Shown: piece by piece, positions 1 through 9,378 of the stretch | How the letters are laid out: each line of letters starts with the position of its first letter | Position numbering within the stretch: the first letter of the stretch is position 1 | Assembly: GCA_037481815.1 (NCBI GenBank) | Contig: JBBFKX010000002.1 | Span: forward strand, 15,300-79,299 | Source of the DNA: a candidate division WOR-3 bacterium | GTDB taxonomy: Bacteria; Hydrothermota; 32-111 | DNA: 64,000 nt | Reading direction: 5' to 3' | Made by a program: the position numbers and the translations under genes | The notes under the pieces: generated by a model | Seen by the model: the letters and a program-made list of their open reading frames with translations, nothing else | Database searches by the model: none | What the model was told of the DNA's origin: nothing

Positions 1-293
1 GTGCTTTCAATGTTCAATCTGTTAAAATGACATATGTTCCTTTCATCTATTATACACTCGGACTGATTCCAATGGGAATAATACAGGTTTTTGCAAAAGG
101 TTTTTATTCACTTTTAAACACAAAAACACCTTTATATGTCTCAGGTGTTTCGATGGTTTTGAACATACTTTTGAACATAATTCTTCTGCCAAAATTTAAC
201 CTTGCAGGTATCGCTTTTGCCACTTCACTTTCATACTGGTTCCATGCAACCTATCTTTATTTTAAACTGAAAAAAAATCTGGAAAGAATATGA
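1..293 (+). CDS. C-terminal fragment of a polytopic membrane protein, possibly MurJ/MviN-like or Wzx-like flippase (5' end outside window)
   Basis: Reading frame is open from the window edge (no stop upstream of the ATG at 27); translation is hydrophobic with TM-like segments; placed directly upstream of acpS. Family assignment is from composition only. Confidence 0.35.
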   Translation, partial: AFNVQSVKMTYVPFIYYTLGLIPMGIIQVFAKGFYSLLNTKTPLYVSGVSMVLNILLNIILLPKFNLAGIAFATSLSYWFHATYLYFKLKKNLERI

Positions 294-664
294 AGATATC
301 AAATGGGATAGATATCATAGAAGTTAAAAGGATAAAAGATAAATTTGAAAAAAATCAAAAATTCAAAGAGAAAATTTTTACTGAAAACGAATTGAACCAA
401 GTGAAGGGGCTTGAAATAGAATATATAGTTCTTGCAGGAAAATGGGCTTCAAAAGAAGCATTTTCAAAAGCACTTGGAACAGGTATAGGAAAAGAACTTG
501 ATTGGAAAGATATGGAGATCATAAACGATATCAATGGAAAACCTGAAATAAGAATTTCTCAGAATCTTATCAAAAAATATAAAATAGATCAGATCTCTCT
601 TTCGATTTCACATATAAAAGATTATGCCATAGCATCAGTTTTTATTCTTTTCAACCAAACTTGA
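290..664 (+). CDS. acpS: holo-[acyl-carrier-protein] synthase (4'-phosphopantetheinyl transferase)
   Basis: 124 aa; N-terminal GIDIIEVKRI motif and WASKEAFSKALGTGIG core typical of AcpS; size typical. Confidence 0.8.
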   Translation: MKISNGIDIIEVKRIKDKFEKNQKFKEKIFTENELNQVKGLEIEYIVLAGKWASKEAFSKALGTGIGKELDWKDMEIINDINGKPEIRISQNLIKKYKIDQISLSISHIKDYAIASVFILFNQT

Positions 665-3217
665 AATCTTTTTCTTGATACCCTTTATTGAAAGGTTATC
701 ATCCTTTTCAACTTTTGAAATTTTTATGAGATATTCTTTATACATTTTAATCAAGTATTTAAAATTTTCATTTGAAATCAATTTATAAATAGTAATAAAT
801 TCCTCATAATTATTCAAATCACCTAAAAGTTGCATATATCTTAAAGTTGAAGAAAATTCTGATAGATAATTCGATATCGATTGACGAACAACTCTATCCT
901 CTTCCTTATCAATCTTTTTCACAAAAAGTTCAACAAGATCAAACTTATGTTTTCTAAAACATTCAAGAATCTCAACTTTTAATCTGTAACTTCCTTTATC
1001 GTAATGCTCCAGTAAAAATGTTAAATCAACTGTTGTATCAAGATTTCCAATAGCAAAAACTGAAAGTTCTTTGATTTTTTGATCTGGATAAGAAAGGTGT
1101 TCTTTCAATGTCTGGAATGATCTATTGTATTTCGCCTGTGAAAGTATATAGATTATATTTTTTTTCGTATTTTTATCTTCGCTCCTGTTCAACTTTTCGA
1201 TCAATTTGTCTTTTAAAATATCTGAACAGTTTTTGAACAGATAGTTCATCGCTTCAAGTTCAAGTCCATCATCGGTTGAGATTTTTTTATCAAGAACATA
1301 TTTTACAGATTCATTTTCCCGTTTTAAAAGTATTTTTCTTGCTTTTTCAACTTTATAAAAGTTATCCCTTACAGCCCACTCTGATGAGATTTCAAATATT
1401 TTTTCTATCGGTAAATCTTCTGAAACAAAAAATGTATCCGGTTCTTTCTTTTCTTCAACAAATCCAACATCAACACCAAATCCATAATATTTGTTTATCC
1501 AACTGATTGAATCTTTGTTTGATTGCTTTGAATAAAAATCTTTCCCTTCACAGTCAATAAAAAGTCCAATACCTGAAAATCCTCTCGATTCGTTCACATC
1601 TCCATTTGAAAGTTTTTCACTTGAAAAATAGGAGTCGTTCCCTTTTTTATCAAGAAATATTCCAACAGAGTTGTTTAAGCCAACACCCTGACCACCTGAA
1701 ACGGTATAGTTGTCATCACCCTTCTGATCGATCAAAACCCCATAAGCAAAATCATGTCCTTCTCCTTGCGATGGACCATACCTTGAAAAGAACATATCAT
1801 CACCTGAATAATCGAACAAACCACCCACAGAAAGATGAATCCCGGATCCCTGTGCATACTGTGCTGAAGAGTAATAATCGTTTCCAGAAAAATCGAAAAG
1901 AAGTCCAACACTGTGCCAGTAACTTCCTCCCTGCCCAAAAACAGAGGAGAAATAGTTATCGTTCCCTTTATAATCAACAAGAATTCCGACTCCACCACAT
2001 GTTCTTGGTCTTAAACCAAATCCAAAGCCCTGACTCATCGAAAGATAATCGTTTTCAAGTAAAGGTGCATGCTTGAAAAATGTTCCTGATATATAATGGT
2101 CGTCACCTGAAGAATCAACAAGTATACCAGTACCTTTAACAAAACCAAATCCCTGTGAAAATGCAGAAGAATAATATATATCGTTTCCAGATTTATCGAT
2201 CAACTCTCCCCTTCCAAAGTAGCCCGCACCCTGCGTGAAAAATCCTCCTGAATAAAAATCGTTTCCACCACCATCATAAAGTTGTGAAAATCCTATAAAA
2301 GCTGCCCCCTGTGAAAAGTTGTATGTTTTATAAAAATCGTTACCATTAAGATCGAACAAAAAATTGACACCGTTTATTGCACCACAGGAAACCTTAAAAC
2401 TGTCTGTTGAAATATACTGGTCATCTCCATCAAAATCTATAATAAACCTGATTCTTTTTGTATAAGGATAAACAACCCCACAACTGTTAAAATATTTATC
2501 ATCACCACCAAGATCAATTATAAAATCATATTCATCATAATATGAGTTTGAATAAAAATCTCCAATAAACAATCTCCCATTTGAAAGAAAAGTATCAACA
2601 GGATAGAGTTGTCCATTAACAAAAAGTTCGATTATTCTTTTTTTAAAATTTTCAGTTAAAATTTTTACCTTTTCAAAGTCAGAATTTACCAGATAAGAAT
2701 AATTTACAAGGGAATCAACCTTTAAAGAATTAGTATCAATATTTATACCAAGAGATTGCTCTATCCTTCCTTTATATAGATAAGACAATGATTCTTCAAA
2801 AAAAAGTAATGGAATAATCTGTAAAATATCTCGACTTTTTTCAACATTTATTTTAATTTTTTCTCTCAAAATCTGATTGACATCTCCGGTATATTTTTCA
2901 ACAAGTTCAAAATGGTTTGTGATTTTTTCATAATCATTTTTTTCATAAATTTTATCGTGCAAATTTACAATCGAATCCAAATAAAACTCTCTTTTCTTAA
3001 CAAGTAGCAATGGATTGTTTAAAAGTGTATCTGCAAATGGCATTTTAAAGGAATCGTTAACAGAAAAATCTTTTTTAAAATTGAAATCTTTTTCCTCTAT
3101 ACCAAAATTTCTACCTTTTTCAATTATCATCTTGTAATCCTCTTCTGGAACTTTTGCAAAAATTGTTGAAAAACAAAAAAGTAAAAATAAAAACTTTTTT
3201 AAACTTCCAAAAAACAT
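635..3217 (-). CDS. secreted repeat protein: signal peptide, about 12 tandem ~23-aa Gly/Asp/Tyr-rich repeats (predicted beta-solenoid), C-terminal HEAT-like repeats
   Basis: N-terminal hydrophobic signal-like segment (MFFGSLKKFLFLLFCFSTIFA); repeated units such as LVDYKGNDNYFSSVFGQGGSYWHSVGLLFDFSGNDYY; C-terminal 300 aa alpha-helical with repeating hydrophobic periodicity. No confident family recalled. Confidence 0.6.
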   Translation of the reverse strand: MFFGSLKKFLFLLFCFSTIFAKVPEEDYKMIIEKGRNFGIEEKDFNFKKDFSVNDSFKMPFADTLLNNPLLLVKKREFYLDSIVNLHDKIYEKNDYEKITNHFELVEKYTGDVNQILREKIKINVEKSRDILQIIPLLFFEESLSYLYKGRIEQSLGINIDTNSLKVDSLVNYSYLVNSDFEKVKILTENFKKRIIELFVNGQLYPVDTFLSNGRLFIGDFYSNSYYDEYDFIIDLGGDDKYFNSCGVVYPYTKRIRFIIDFDGDDQYISTDSFKVSCGAINGVNFLFDLNGNDFYKTYNFSQGAAFIGFSQLYDGGGNDFYSGGFFTQGAGYFGRGELIDKSGNDIYYSSAFSQGFGFVKGTGILVDSSGDDHYISGTFFKHAPLLENDYLSMSQGFGFGLRPRTCGGVGILVDYKGNDNYFSSVFGQGGSYWHSVGLLFDFSGNDYYSSAQYAQGSGIHLSVGGLFDYSGDDMFFSRYGPSQGEGHDFAYGVLIDQKGDDNYTVSGGQGVGLNNSVGIFLDKKGNDSYFSSEKLSNGDVNESRGFSGIGLFIDCEGKDFYSKQSNKDSISWINKYYGFGVDVGFVEEKKEPDTFFVSEDLPIEKIFEISSEWAVRDNFYKVEKARKILLKRENESVKYVLDKKISTDDGLELEAMNYLFKNCSDILKDKLIEKLNRSEDKNTKKNIIYILSQAKYNRSFQTLKEHLSYPDQKIKELSVFAIGNLDTTVDLTFLLEHYDKGSYRLKVEILECFRKHKFDLVELFVKKIDKEEDRVVRQSISNYLSEFSSTLRYMQLLGDLNNYEEFITIYKLISNENFKYLIKMYKEYLIKISKVEKDDNLSIKGIKKKISSLVEKNKN

Positions 3218-3837
3218 AAAATTTTTCCTTTTTGATATTTTATCATTGCATTTCTTTTTATTATTCTATTACTAACACCTAAAGATGGGTGGTTGTTGAA
3301 CAAATCAGTTTTTTGATATTCATATTCAAATCCTTCAGATGTTATCATTTCACTCTTTTTAGTTATTGAGAAAAAAGAAACCCTTTTACCTTTCATATTG
3401 AAAAATGTATACTCGGTTTTCGGTTTTATTAAAAATATATCCTCATCTTTTGTCAAAATGTGAATGTTAAACTTTTCAAATTTTGAAATTAAAAGTAGAG
3501 ATGCAAAAAAATGGTCCTTTCTTGAACCAGAAACACCCGTTGCATAAATATTTTTAAAACCTTTTTCAACAGCATAGTTTATTGCAAGTTCAAGATCTAT
3601 AAAATCTTTTTTTACAGGGAACTTTTCTTTTTTTATAAAAGATGGGATTTTTTGTTCATCTATTGAATCAAAATCACCTATAACAATTTTAGGAAGCAAC
3701 CCTTTGGGAAGTTTATCATATCCTCCATCAGCAGCTACGATATATTTAAAACTTTTAATTATTTTTTCAGAACATAAATCTTCCCCGTTAGCAACTATCA
3801 AAACTTCTTTTTCTGTAAACATTATTTTAATATACAA
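3199..3837 (-). CDS. thiamine pyrophosphokinase
   Basis: 212 aa; AADGG and GDFDS motifs characteristic of the TPK catalytic domain. Confidence 0.7.
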   Translation of the reverse strand: MYIKIMFTEKEVLIVANGEDLCSEKIIKSFKYIVAADGGYDKLPKGLLPKIVIGDFDSIDEQKIPSFIKKEKFPVKKDFIDLELAINYAVEKGFKNIYATGVSGSRKDHFFASLLLISKFEKFNIHILTKDEDIFLIKPKTEYTFFNMKGKRVSFFSITKKSEMITSEGFEYEYQKTDLFNNHPSLGVSNRIIKRNAMIKYQKGKILCFLEV

Positions 3838-3860
3838 CTCTATAAAATTTAAGTCAACAT

Positions 3861-3890
3861 AAAAAAAGTGGGATGATAATCATCCCACTT
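3861..3890 (-). terminator. Rho-independent terminator-like hairpin downstream of the 3918..6194 gene
   Basis: Perfect 9-bp stem GTGGGATGA / TCATCCCAC (3868-3876 and 3880-3888) with a 3-nt loop, followed on the minus strand by a U-run (plus-strand A7 at 3861-3867); lies immediately 3' of the minus-strand stop. Confidence 0.5.
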
Positions 3891-3917
3891 GATTAAAAAA
3901 TGATTAAAAATTTACGA

Positions 3918-6194
3918 TTACTTTATAATGAACAAAAATTTTCCTTTTACAACATTTTTCGGTGTTTCAAGTTTAAAGAAATAGATATCAGAGGAAAACT
4001 TTTCTTTTTTCAAATCAACGATTATCTCCCTATTTACACCATTAAAATCAAGATTCTTAACAACTCTCCCATTTTTATCATAAATTTTTAAGTTTATTTT
4101 TCCTTTTACAGATTCAGAAAAAGTTGCATAGAATATGTTTGAAGTTATAGTTGAAACTTTTGTTTTTAGATCGATCTTCTCTTCTTTTGAAATTTCTTCA
4201 ATATTTGTCAACTCACTCGCTTTGAAAAGGTTATGTAAAAGTTCAACATAATCACCTTGTAATATACCATTCATAACAGACCAATCAGAAGGAAATATGT
4301 TGAGTCCTATCACTCCACCATAAGGTTGAGGAAGATCTCTATAGCCCAAAAGCCACTCACCATCATCCCACCTTGCAACAGTATCTGCACCAGGATTTAA
4401 AACAATATAATCTCTAAACATGTCGCTTAAATTTGTAACATTATCCATAAATGGGTGACCCACAACAAAAGTTCCAAGGTTTGCTGTAGTAAAATGGTTA
4501 TCACCATTTAAACTCTTAAATGGATTTATTAAAGTATCCATTATTCCACCTTCAAGATTGTTCCCATTATAATACCATGAAAAACCTCCGGTAATAACCC
4601 ATTTGCCTGAGTTTACAAATGAAAGAAGTGTATCTCCCATTGCTATTTTATCCAAATAACTATTGTCGGGATATGTGAAAACCATATCATAAAATGATAG
4701 ATCGTTACTGTTTGGTAAGTAAGTTGCTGCATTCATATAATCAATATTTCCGAAATCTGGGAACTCTTCTATCTGTTTTATTATGTTTGGTGAATTATCA
4801 TCAGCAACAGCCCAGAGTATATTTGGAGAATTGCCATATATCCAATACATATCAATATTTTCCAATATTTCTGACAATACATTATAATACGCATATTCAA
4901 TAGTCATTGTGGTTGCTATTATTCCTCCCTTATTTTGTCTTGAAATTAAAAGTAGAGTATCTATTGAATCAGCAGATAACAAAACAACATAAGAATTTTC
5001 TGGTAAATTTATCAGCCCCCCATGAGAAACAGAATTCCAATTAACAAGTGTCGTTGAATCTTCCTTAGAAAACTCATTTAAAAGAGGATGCCAACCATTT
5101 AATATCGCTACTGAATCAGTAGATCTTGAAGCCATCGTAAATCCAAAAGGCATTTCAACACCACTCCAATCATAAGAACTATAGGTTGCTCCATTTATCT
5201 GTAATATACCACCGTTGTTAACCCAATCTTCATATTTTGTTCTGTTGTTTGAAATCGCTTCATAAAAACTTCTCTCCTGTTGTGAAGCAAATATACATTT
5301 TTGAAATCTTGAAAGGTCAACAAGACCAATCTCGCTTTCATTAAAATGATGGAAAGCTATATTATACTTATAAAAAACATCTTCATTTGAGGTTGACCCC
5401 CATGGAGCATGGTTTTCAAAATACGCAATCCTTGTTTTGGCAAATCCAAGATCAAATCTGTAAGCACTGGTTCCATAATATGTGCTAATCCAGAGATCAT
5501 TCCCATCAAAAGCAACACCTTCTCCATAATTTGACATATCCGGATTAGGAAAACTATCAAGAATAATTGGTGGATCAACAGAAATATCAAGTTGTTTTAC
5601 ATACTCTGTAATATTATCAAGAACCCATAGAGTTGAATCTTTTCCACAATAAGCCATATCCATTGGCCAACCGATAACAGATGAAATGTGTATTGTATCA
5701 ATAATGTGAATCAAAGTATCTGTTACAAAAATATAACCAGCAGTGGATGCTATATAAAGATTTCGCCCGTCAGATGTAACACCTCTTGTGTTTACTCCTC
5801 CAGGAGAAATGAAAGTAGTAACATGGGTTCCATTCTTTTCAATTTTGTGAATACTTCCATTCGTCCAATCTGAAATATATAATCTTTCTCCCACTATTCC
5901 TATTCCGAATATGTATCCTGTAGTTGCCATCGTAAAGGAATCTATTGTTCCATAAATATAATCTATTCTATAAACTTTCGCAGGATTGGAATAGGTGTTC
6001 GCTAAATAAAAATATCTTCCATCAAACTCAAGTCCATTTGAATTTGTTCTATTATAATTCAATGTATCTATTACAGTTTCATTGATGCTAATACTTTTTA
6101 TATTAACATTTTCACTGTTAGCACCTGTTGGATCAAATGGGAAAAGATAAATGAAAAAAGATAAAAGTAAAAAGAAAAGTACTAATTTTTTCAC
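3918..6194 (-). CDS. secreted protein with type IX secretion system C-terminal sorting domain (Por_Secre_tail-like)
   Basis: N-terminal signal peptide (MKKLVLFFLLLSFFIYLFPF); last ~70 aa (LKIYDKNGRVVKNL...DIYFFKLETPKNVVKGKFLFIIK) fit the T9SS CTD pattern; body unassigned. Confidence 0.65.
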   Translation of the reverse strand: MKKLVLFFLLLSFFIYLFPFDPTGANSENVNIKSISINETVIDTLNYNRTNSNGLEFDGRYFYLANTYSNPAKVYRIDYIYGTIDSFTMATTGYIFGIGIVGERLYISDWTNGSIHKIEKNGTHVTTFISPGGVNTRGVTSDGRNLYIASTAGYIFVTDTLIHIIDTIHISSVIGWPMDMAYCGKDSTLWVLDNITEYVKQLDISVDPPIILDSFPNPDMSNYGEGVAFDGNDLWISTYYGTSAYRFDLGFAKTRIAYFENHAPWGSTSNEDVFYKYNIAFHHFNESEIGLVDLSRFQKCIFASQQERSFYEAISNNRTKYEDWVNNGGILQINGATYSSYDWSGVEMPFGFTMASRSTDSVAILNGWHPLLNEFSKEDSTTLVNWNSVSHGGLINLPENSYVVLLSADSIDTLLLISRQNKGGIIATTMTIEYAYYNVLSEILENIDMYWIYGNSPNILWAVADDNSPNIIKQIEEFPDFGNIDYMNAATYLPNSNDLSFYDMVFTYPDNSYLDKIAMGDTLLSFVNSGKWVITGGFSWYYNGNNLEGGIMDTLINPFKSLNGDNHFTTANLGTFVVGHPFMDNVTNLSDMFRDYIVLNPGADTVARWDDGEWLLGYRDLPQPYGGVIGLNIFPSDWSVMNGILQGDYVELLHNLFKASELTNIEEISKEEKIDLKTKVSTITSNIFYATFSESVKGKINLKIYDKNGRVVKNLDFNGVNREIIVDLKKEKFSSDIYFFKLETPKNVVKGKFLFIIK

Positions 6195-6254
6195 ACTCCC
6201 TCCTTTTAAGTTTAAATTTATTATAGACCTTTAAATAAAAATTTCAACAAAAAT

Positions 6255-8579
6255 CTACTCAAACTCAACAATCGTTACTCCATCTCCCCCCTCTTCGATT
6301 GGAGCCGGATAATATTTTTTTATAAATTTTACCTTTTTAAAAAATTCCCTTATGTTCTCCTTTAATATCCCTTTTCCATGGCCATGTATTATTCTCACTC
6401 TTTTAAGCCCTGCAACCGATGCTTTTAGAATGTAATTTTCAACCTCTTCCAAAGCTTCATTAACATACTTTCCCCTCAAATCCAACTCATCAGTTATCTC
6501 TTCTCCTATATAAAATTTTTTTTCTACACCACCCTTTCTCTCAACTCTGTTAACAATATTTTCTATATTCGTTTTTAAAATAACTCCATTAACATCAAGA
6601 GTCACTTTGTCTTTCTCTATACTTTTTACAAAACCTTCAACTCTATCTTTCAGTTGAACAAAATCTCCAATCTTAATTTTAAGATTTTTTTCAATGTGAG
6701 GTTTAAAATCATCTTCTTTTAAAACAACTTTTTCTTCAAGAAATTTTCTAAAATCTTTTATTATATTTTTATTTTCATCCTTATCTTTTTTGTTATACAA
6801 TTCTTTAACCACCCTTTCAAACTTACTCCTTATAGTATCTATTTCCTGATTGATTTTTGTTCTATATTCTTTTTCAAGAGAATTCTTTTTGCTCAAATAA
6901 TCTTCCAGCTCTTTTCTTGTAATCTCCTCAATTTTTTGTTGGCTCTTTTTTAACAGTTCCAACTTTTCCTTTTCTTTTTCTAACAACTCAATTTTTTTCT
7001 GATACTCTTTTATCAGTTCTGAATAATCAAGAAAATCTTTTCCAACAATCCTATAACTCTCCTGAATTATCTTTTCTGGAAAATTGTATTTTTTCAAAAG
7101 AGAAAACATCCCCGATTGACCCACGGTTCCATATTCAAGTTCAAAATATGGAGTATTTTTTTCAAAATCGTATTTCATAGCAGAACACATAATTTTTTCA
7201 TTTTTTAATGCAAATTCTTTTATCGGATCATAGTGTGTTGTAAAAATAACCGTTGAATTCTTTTCAAGAAAATCACTGACCAATGAAATTGCAAAAGATG
7301 TTCCCTCTTTTATAGATGTTCCAGTACCTATCTCATCAAGAAGTATTAAAGAGTTTTCATCACAATTTTCAACTATCCTTTTGTAGTTTATAAGATGGGA
7401 TGCAAATGTAGAAACTCCCTCTTCAAGTGATTGATCATCTCCTATATCACAAAAAATTTTTTCAAACAATCTGATTTTTGAATATTCGCTTGCACATACT
7501 GGAAGACCAAGTTTTGTAAGGATAACCGAGATGCCTATTGTTTTCAAAACAGCAGTTTTCCCTCCCATATTCGGACCGGTTATCAAAAGAGATTTCCCAT
7601 TCTCCACTTTTATGTTAACAGGTTTTGCTTCATTTTTTTTAACTTTTTTTATTATTGGATGGTAAACCCTTATCAGATCGATTTCATCAGCGATCTCAAC
7701 AAAATTTGCCTCATATTCATTCATAAAAATAACTATAGAATTTATAAAATCAATATCAGGGATAAACTTTGAAAAAATAGAAAATAATGAAATGTCTGAA
7801 ACAATTCCTTCTTTTAAATCTTCAAGAATTTTTGCTATCTCAAGACGCTCTTCCTCTTTCAATTCGTTCAACCTGTTATTCAAAAATACCAGTTCTTCAG
7901 GTTCAATAAAAACTGTTTTCTTAGTGTTTGAATAGGAATGGAAAACACCTTTAATTCTGTTCTTTTCGTGGACATCAACCTGTAACACTATTCTGTTGTC
8001 AACAATCGTTATGTTACTATCACTCAAATACTGTTCATATTTCTTTAGAATTTTTGAGATAACCTTATCCTGAGATGATATCAAAATATTAATATTTTTT
8101 CTTATCTGTAAAAGATTCGTTGAGGCATCATCTCTTATCTTTCCATCGTTGTTAACAATTTTTTCAAGTTTATCTTTGAACGAAAAAATTTTTTGAATAT
8201 CGAACTGAAAATCAAAAAATGAATAAAAGTAATTTTTATCGAGTTTTAGAAATTTTATCGAATAATCGATAGAATTTTTAATCTCGAGAAGATCTTGCTC
8301 AACTATATGTCCATTAAGGTTTTTCAACCTCAAACTTATATCATCAATATTTGAGAATCCATTAAAGGAAAGATTCGGGAAAATTTTTTGACTGTATATA
8401 AGAACATTTTGTTTGAAATTTAAATACTCATCTGTATTTGATAAATATGATAATTCATAAAATTTTTTCTTTGTGGATTTTAAAAGGGAATGTTTTTTAT
8501 ATTCTTCAAGTACAATATTTAATTCTAACTTTTCCCTTTCCCTAAAATTTTCTGACATTCTTAAAAATTTCAGTATCAA
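6255..8579 (-). CDS. mutS2: endonuclease MutS2 (MutS domain plus C-terminal Smr domain)
   Basis: 774 aa; Walker A GPNMGGKT, MutS ATPase region, C-terminal Smr-like segment (RVRIIHGHGKGILK). Confidence 0.85.
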   Translation of the reverse strand: MILKFLRMSENFREREKLELNIVLEEYKKHSLLKSTKKKFYELSYLSNTDEYLNFKQNVLIYSQKIFPNLSFNGFSNIDDISLRLKNLNGHIVEQDLLEIKNSIDYSIKFLKLDKNYFYSFFDFQFDIQKIFSFKDKLEKIVNNDGKIRDDASTNLLQIRKNINILISSQDKVISKILKKYEQYLSDSNITIVDNRIVLQVDVHEKNRIKGVFHSYSNTKKTVFIEPEELVFLNNRLNELKEEERLEIAKILEDLKEGIVSDISLFSIFSKFIPDIDFINSIVIFMNEYEANFVEIADEIDLIRVYHPIIKKVKKNEAKPVNIKVENGKSLLITGPNMGGKTAVLKTIGISVILTKLGLPVCASEYSKIRLFEKIFCDIGDDQSLEEGVSTFASHLINYKRIVENCDENSLILLDEIGTGTSIKEGTSFAISLVSDFLEKNSTVIFTTHYDPIKEFALKNEKIMCSAMKYDFEKNTPYFELEYGTVGQSGMFSLLKKYNFPEKIIQESYRIVGKDFLDYSELIKEYQKKIELLEKEKEKLELLKKSQQKIEEITRKELEDYLSKKNSLEKEYRTKINQEIDTIRSKFERVVKELYNKKDKDENKNIIKDFRKFLEEKVVLKEDDFKPHIEKNLKIKIGDFVQLKDRVEGFVKSIEKDKVTLDVNGVILKTNIENIVNRVERKGGVEKKFYIGEEITDELDLRGKYVNEALEEVENYILKASVAGLKRVRIIHGHGKGILKENIREFFKKVKFIKKYYPAPIEEGGDGVTIVEFE

Positions 8580-9024
8580 TTAAGATTTTATAATATTTTA
8601 AAGTTAAACTTTCTTCAAAATAATTTCGGAAATTTTTAGTCAAAACAAAAGAGTTTAAAAAATTTAAAATACCACCAACTATAAGAAAAGTCAAAAAACC
8701 CCAAACGATAATTCCCATAATTTTATCAAAGATAACAACAGGTGTTTTTTTCAAAATATTCACAAGAAGTAAAACAAAAAGTATTATCAAAGAAAAAATA
8801 ATTAAAAGAAGTATAAAAAATGAAAGAAATTTTAAAAGATTTCCCTCAAGTTTAATAAATTTAACCAGAAAGTTTGAAAATAAAACAAAATTTTTTAAAG
8901 TTAAAAAGAAAGATAAAATTAAAGCGAATATGTAACCAAATGGTGTCAAAATTCCTCTAAAAAAACCTAAAACAGAACTTATGAGGATTAAAGTCGATGA
9001 TACTATATCGACTATGTTCATCAA
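8542..9024 (-). CDS. CvpA-family membrane protein
   Basis: 160 aa, four predicted TM helices; typical cvpA position and size next to mutS2; assignment by architecture. Confidence 0.5.
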   Translation of the reverse strand: MMNIVDIVSSTLILISSVLGFFRGILTPFGYIFALILSFFLTLKNFVLFSNFLVKFIKLEGNLLKFLSFFILLLIIFSLIILFVLLLVNILKKTPVVIFDKIMGIIVWGFLTFLIVGGILNFLNSFVLTKNFRNYFEESLTLKYYKILIDTEIFKNVRKF

Positions 9025-9028
9025 TAAT

Positions 9029-9232
9029 TTAATCCTTCATAATGTTTGAGCGATAACTCTTCCTTATTGCCTGAATTCTTTCTCTTTTCTTTATTTCACT
9101 TGGTTTTTCATAAAACTGATGTTTCTTTATTTCACTTAAAATTCCTGCTTTTTCACACAATCTTTTAAATCTTTTTAAAGCAGCATCAAAAGATTCACCT
9201 TCTCTTACTTTAACTCCTGGCATTAACATCAC
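9029..9232 (-). CDS. rpsU: 30S ribosomal protein S21
   Basis: 67 aa, basic; [20 protein letters not shown] motif is the S21 signature. Confidence 0.85.
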   Translation of the reverse strand: MMLMPGVKVREGESFDAALKRFKRLCEKAGILSEIKKHQFYEKPSEIKKRERIQAIRKSYRSNIMKD

Positions 9233-9342
9233 CTCACTTCGTTAAAATTTTAAAGGTATTATATTAAAATAATCCTTTTTGTCAACATTTTTTTAGTTTT
9301 TATGAAAAAATTAAAAAATTTTCGTAAAATAAAAATAAGGTA

Positions 9343-9370
9343 TTGACAAAATAAAAAAATTTTATATAAT
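9343..9370 (+). promoter_or_regulatory. sigma70-like promoter (TTGACA, 16-nt spacer, TATAAT) immediately upstream of the OmpA-family gene
   Basis: Exact TTGACA at 9343-9348 and TATAAT at 9365-9370 in a 146-bp intergenic region; only 8 nt to the ATG at 9379, implying a leaderless or very short-leader transcript if functional. The background is AT-rich, so a chance match is possible. Confidence 0.35.
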
Positions 9371-9378
9371 TTTTTTAG

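Noticed and set aside
1276-2076. Plus-strand ORFs (76-156 aa) inside the 860-aa repeat-protein gene, plus similar nested ORFs elsewhere (for example 4694-4903, 17371-17592, 19826-20329, 30925-31305)
   Set aside because: All are fully nested antisense or out of frame within longer genes with clear homology signatures, and have no independent support.
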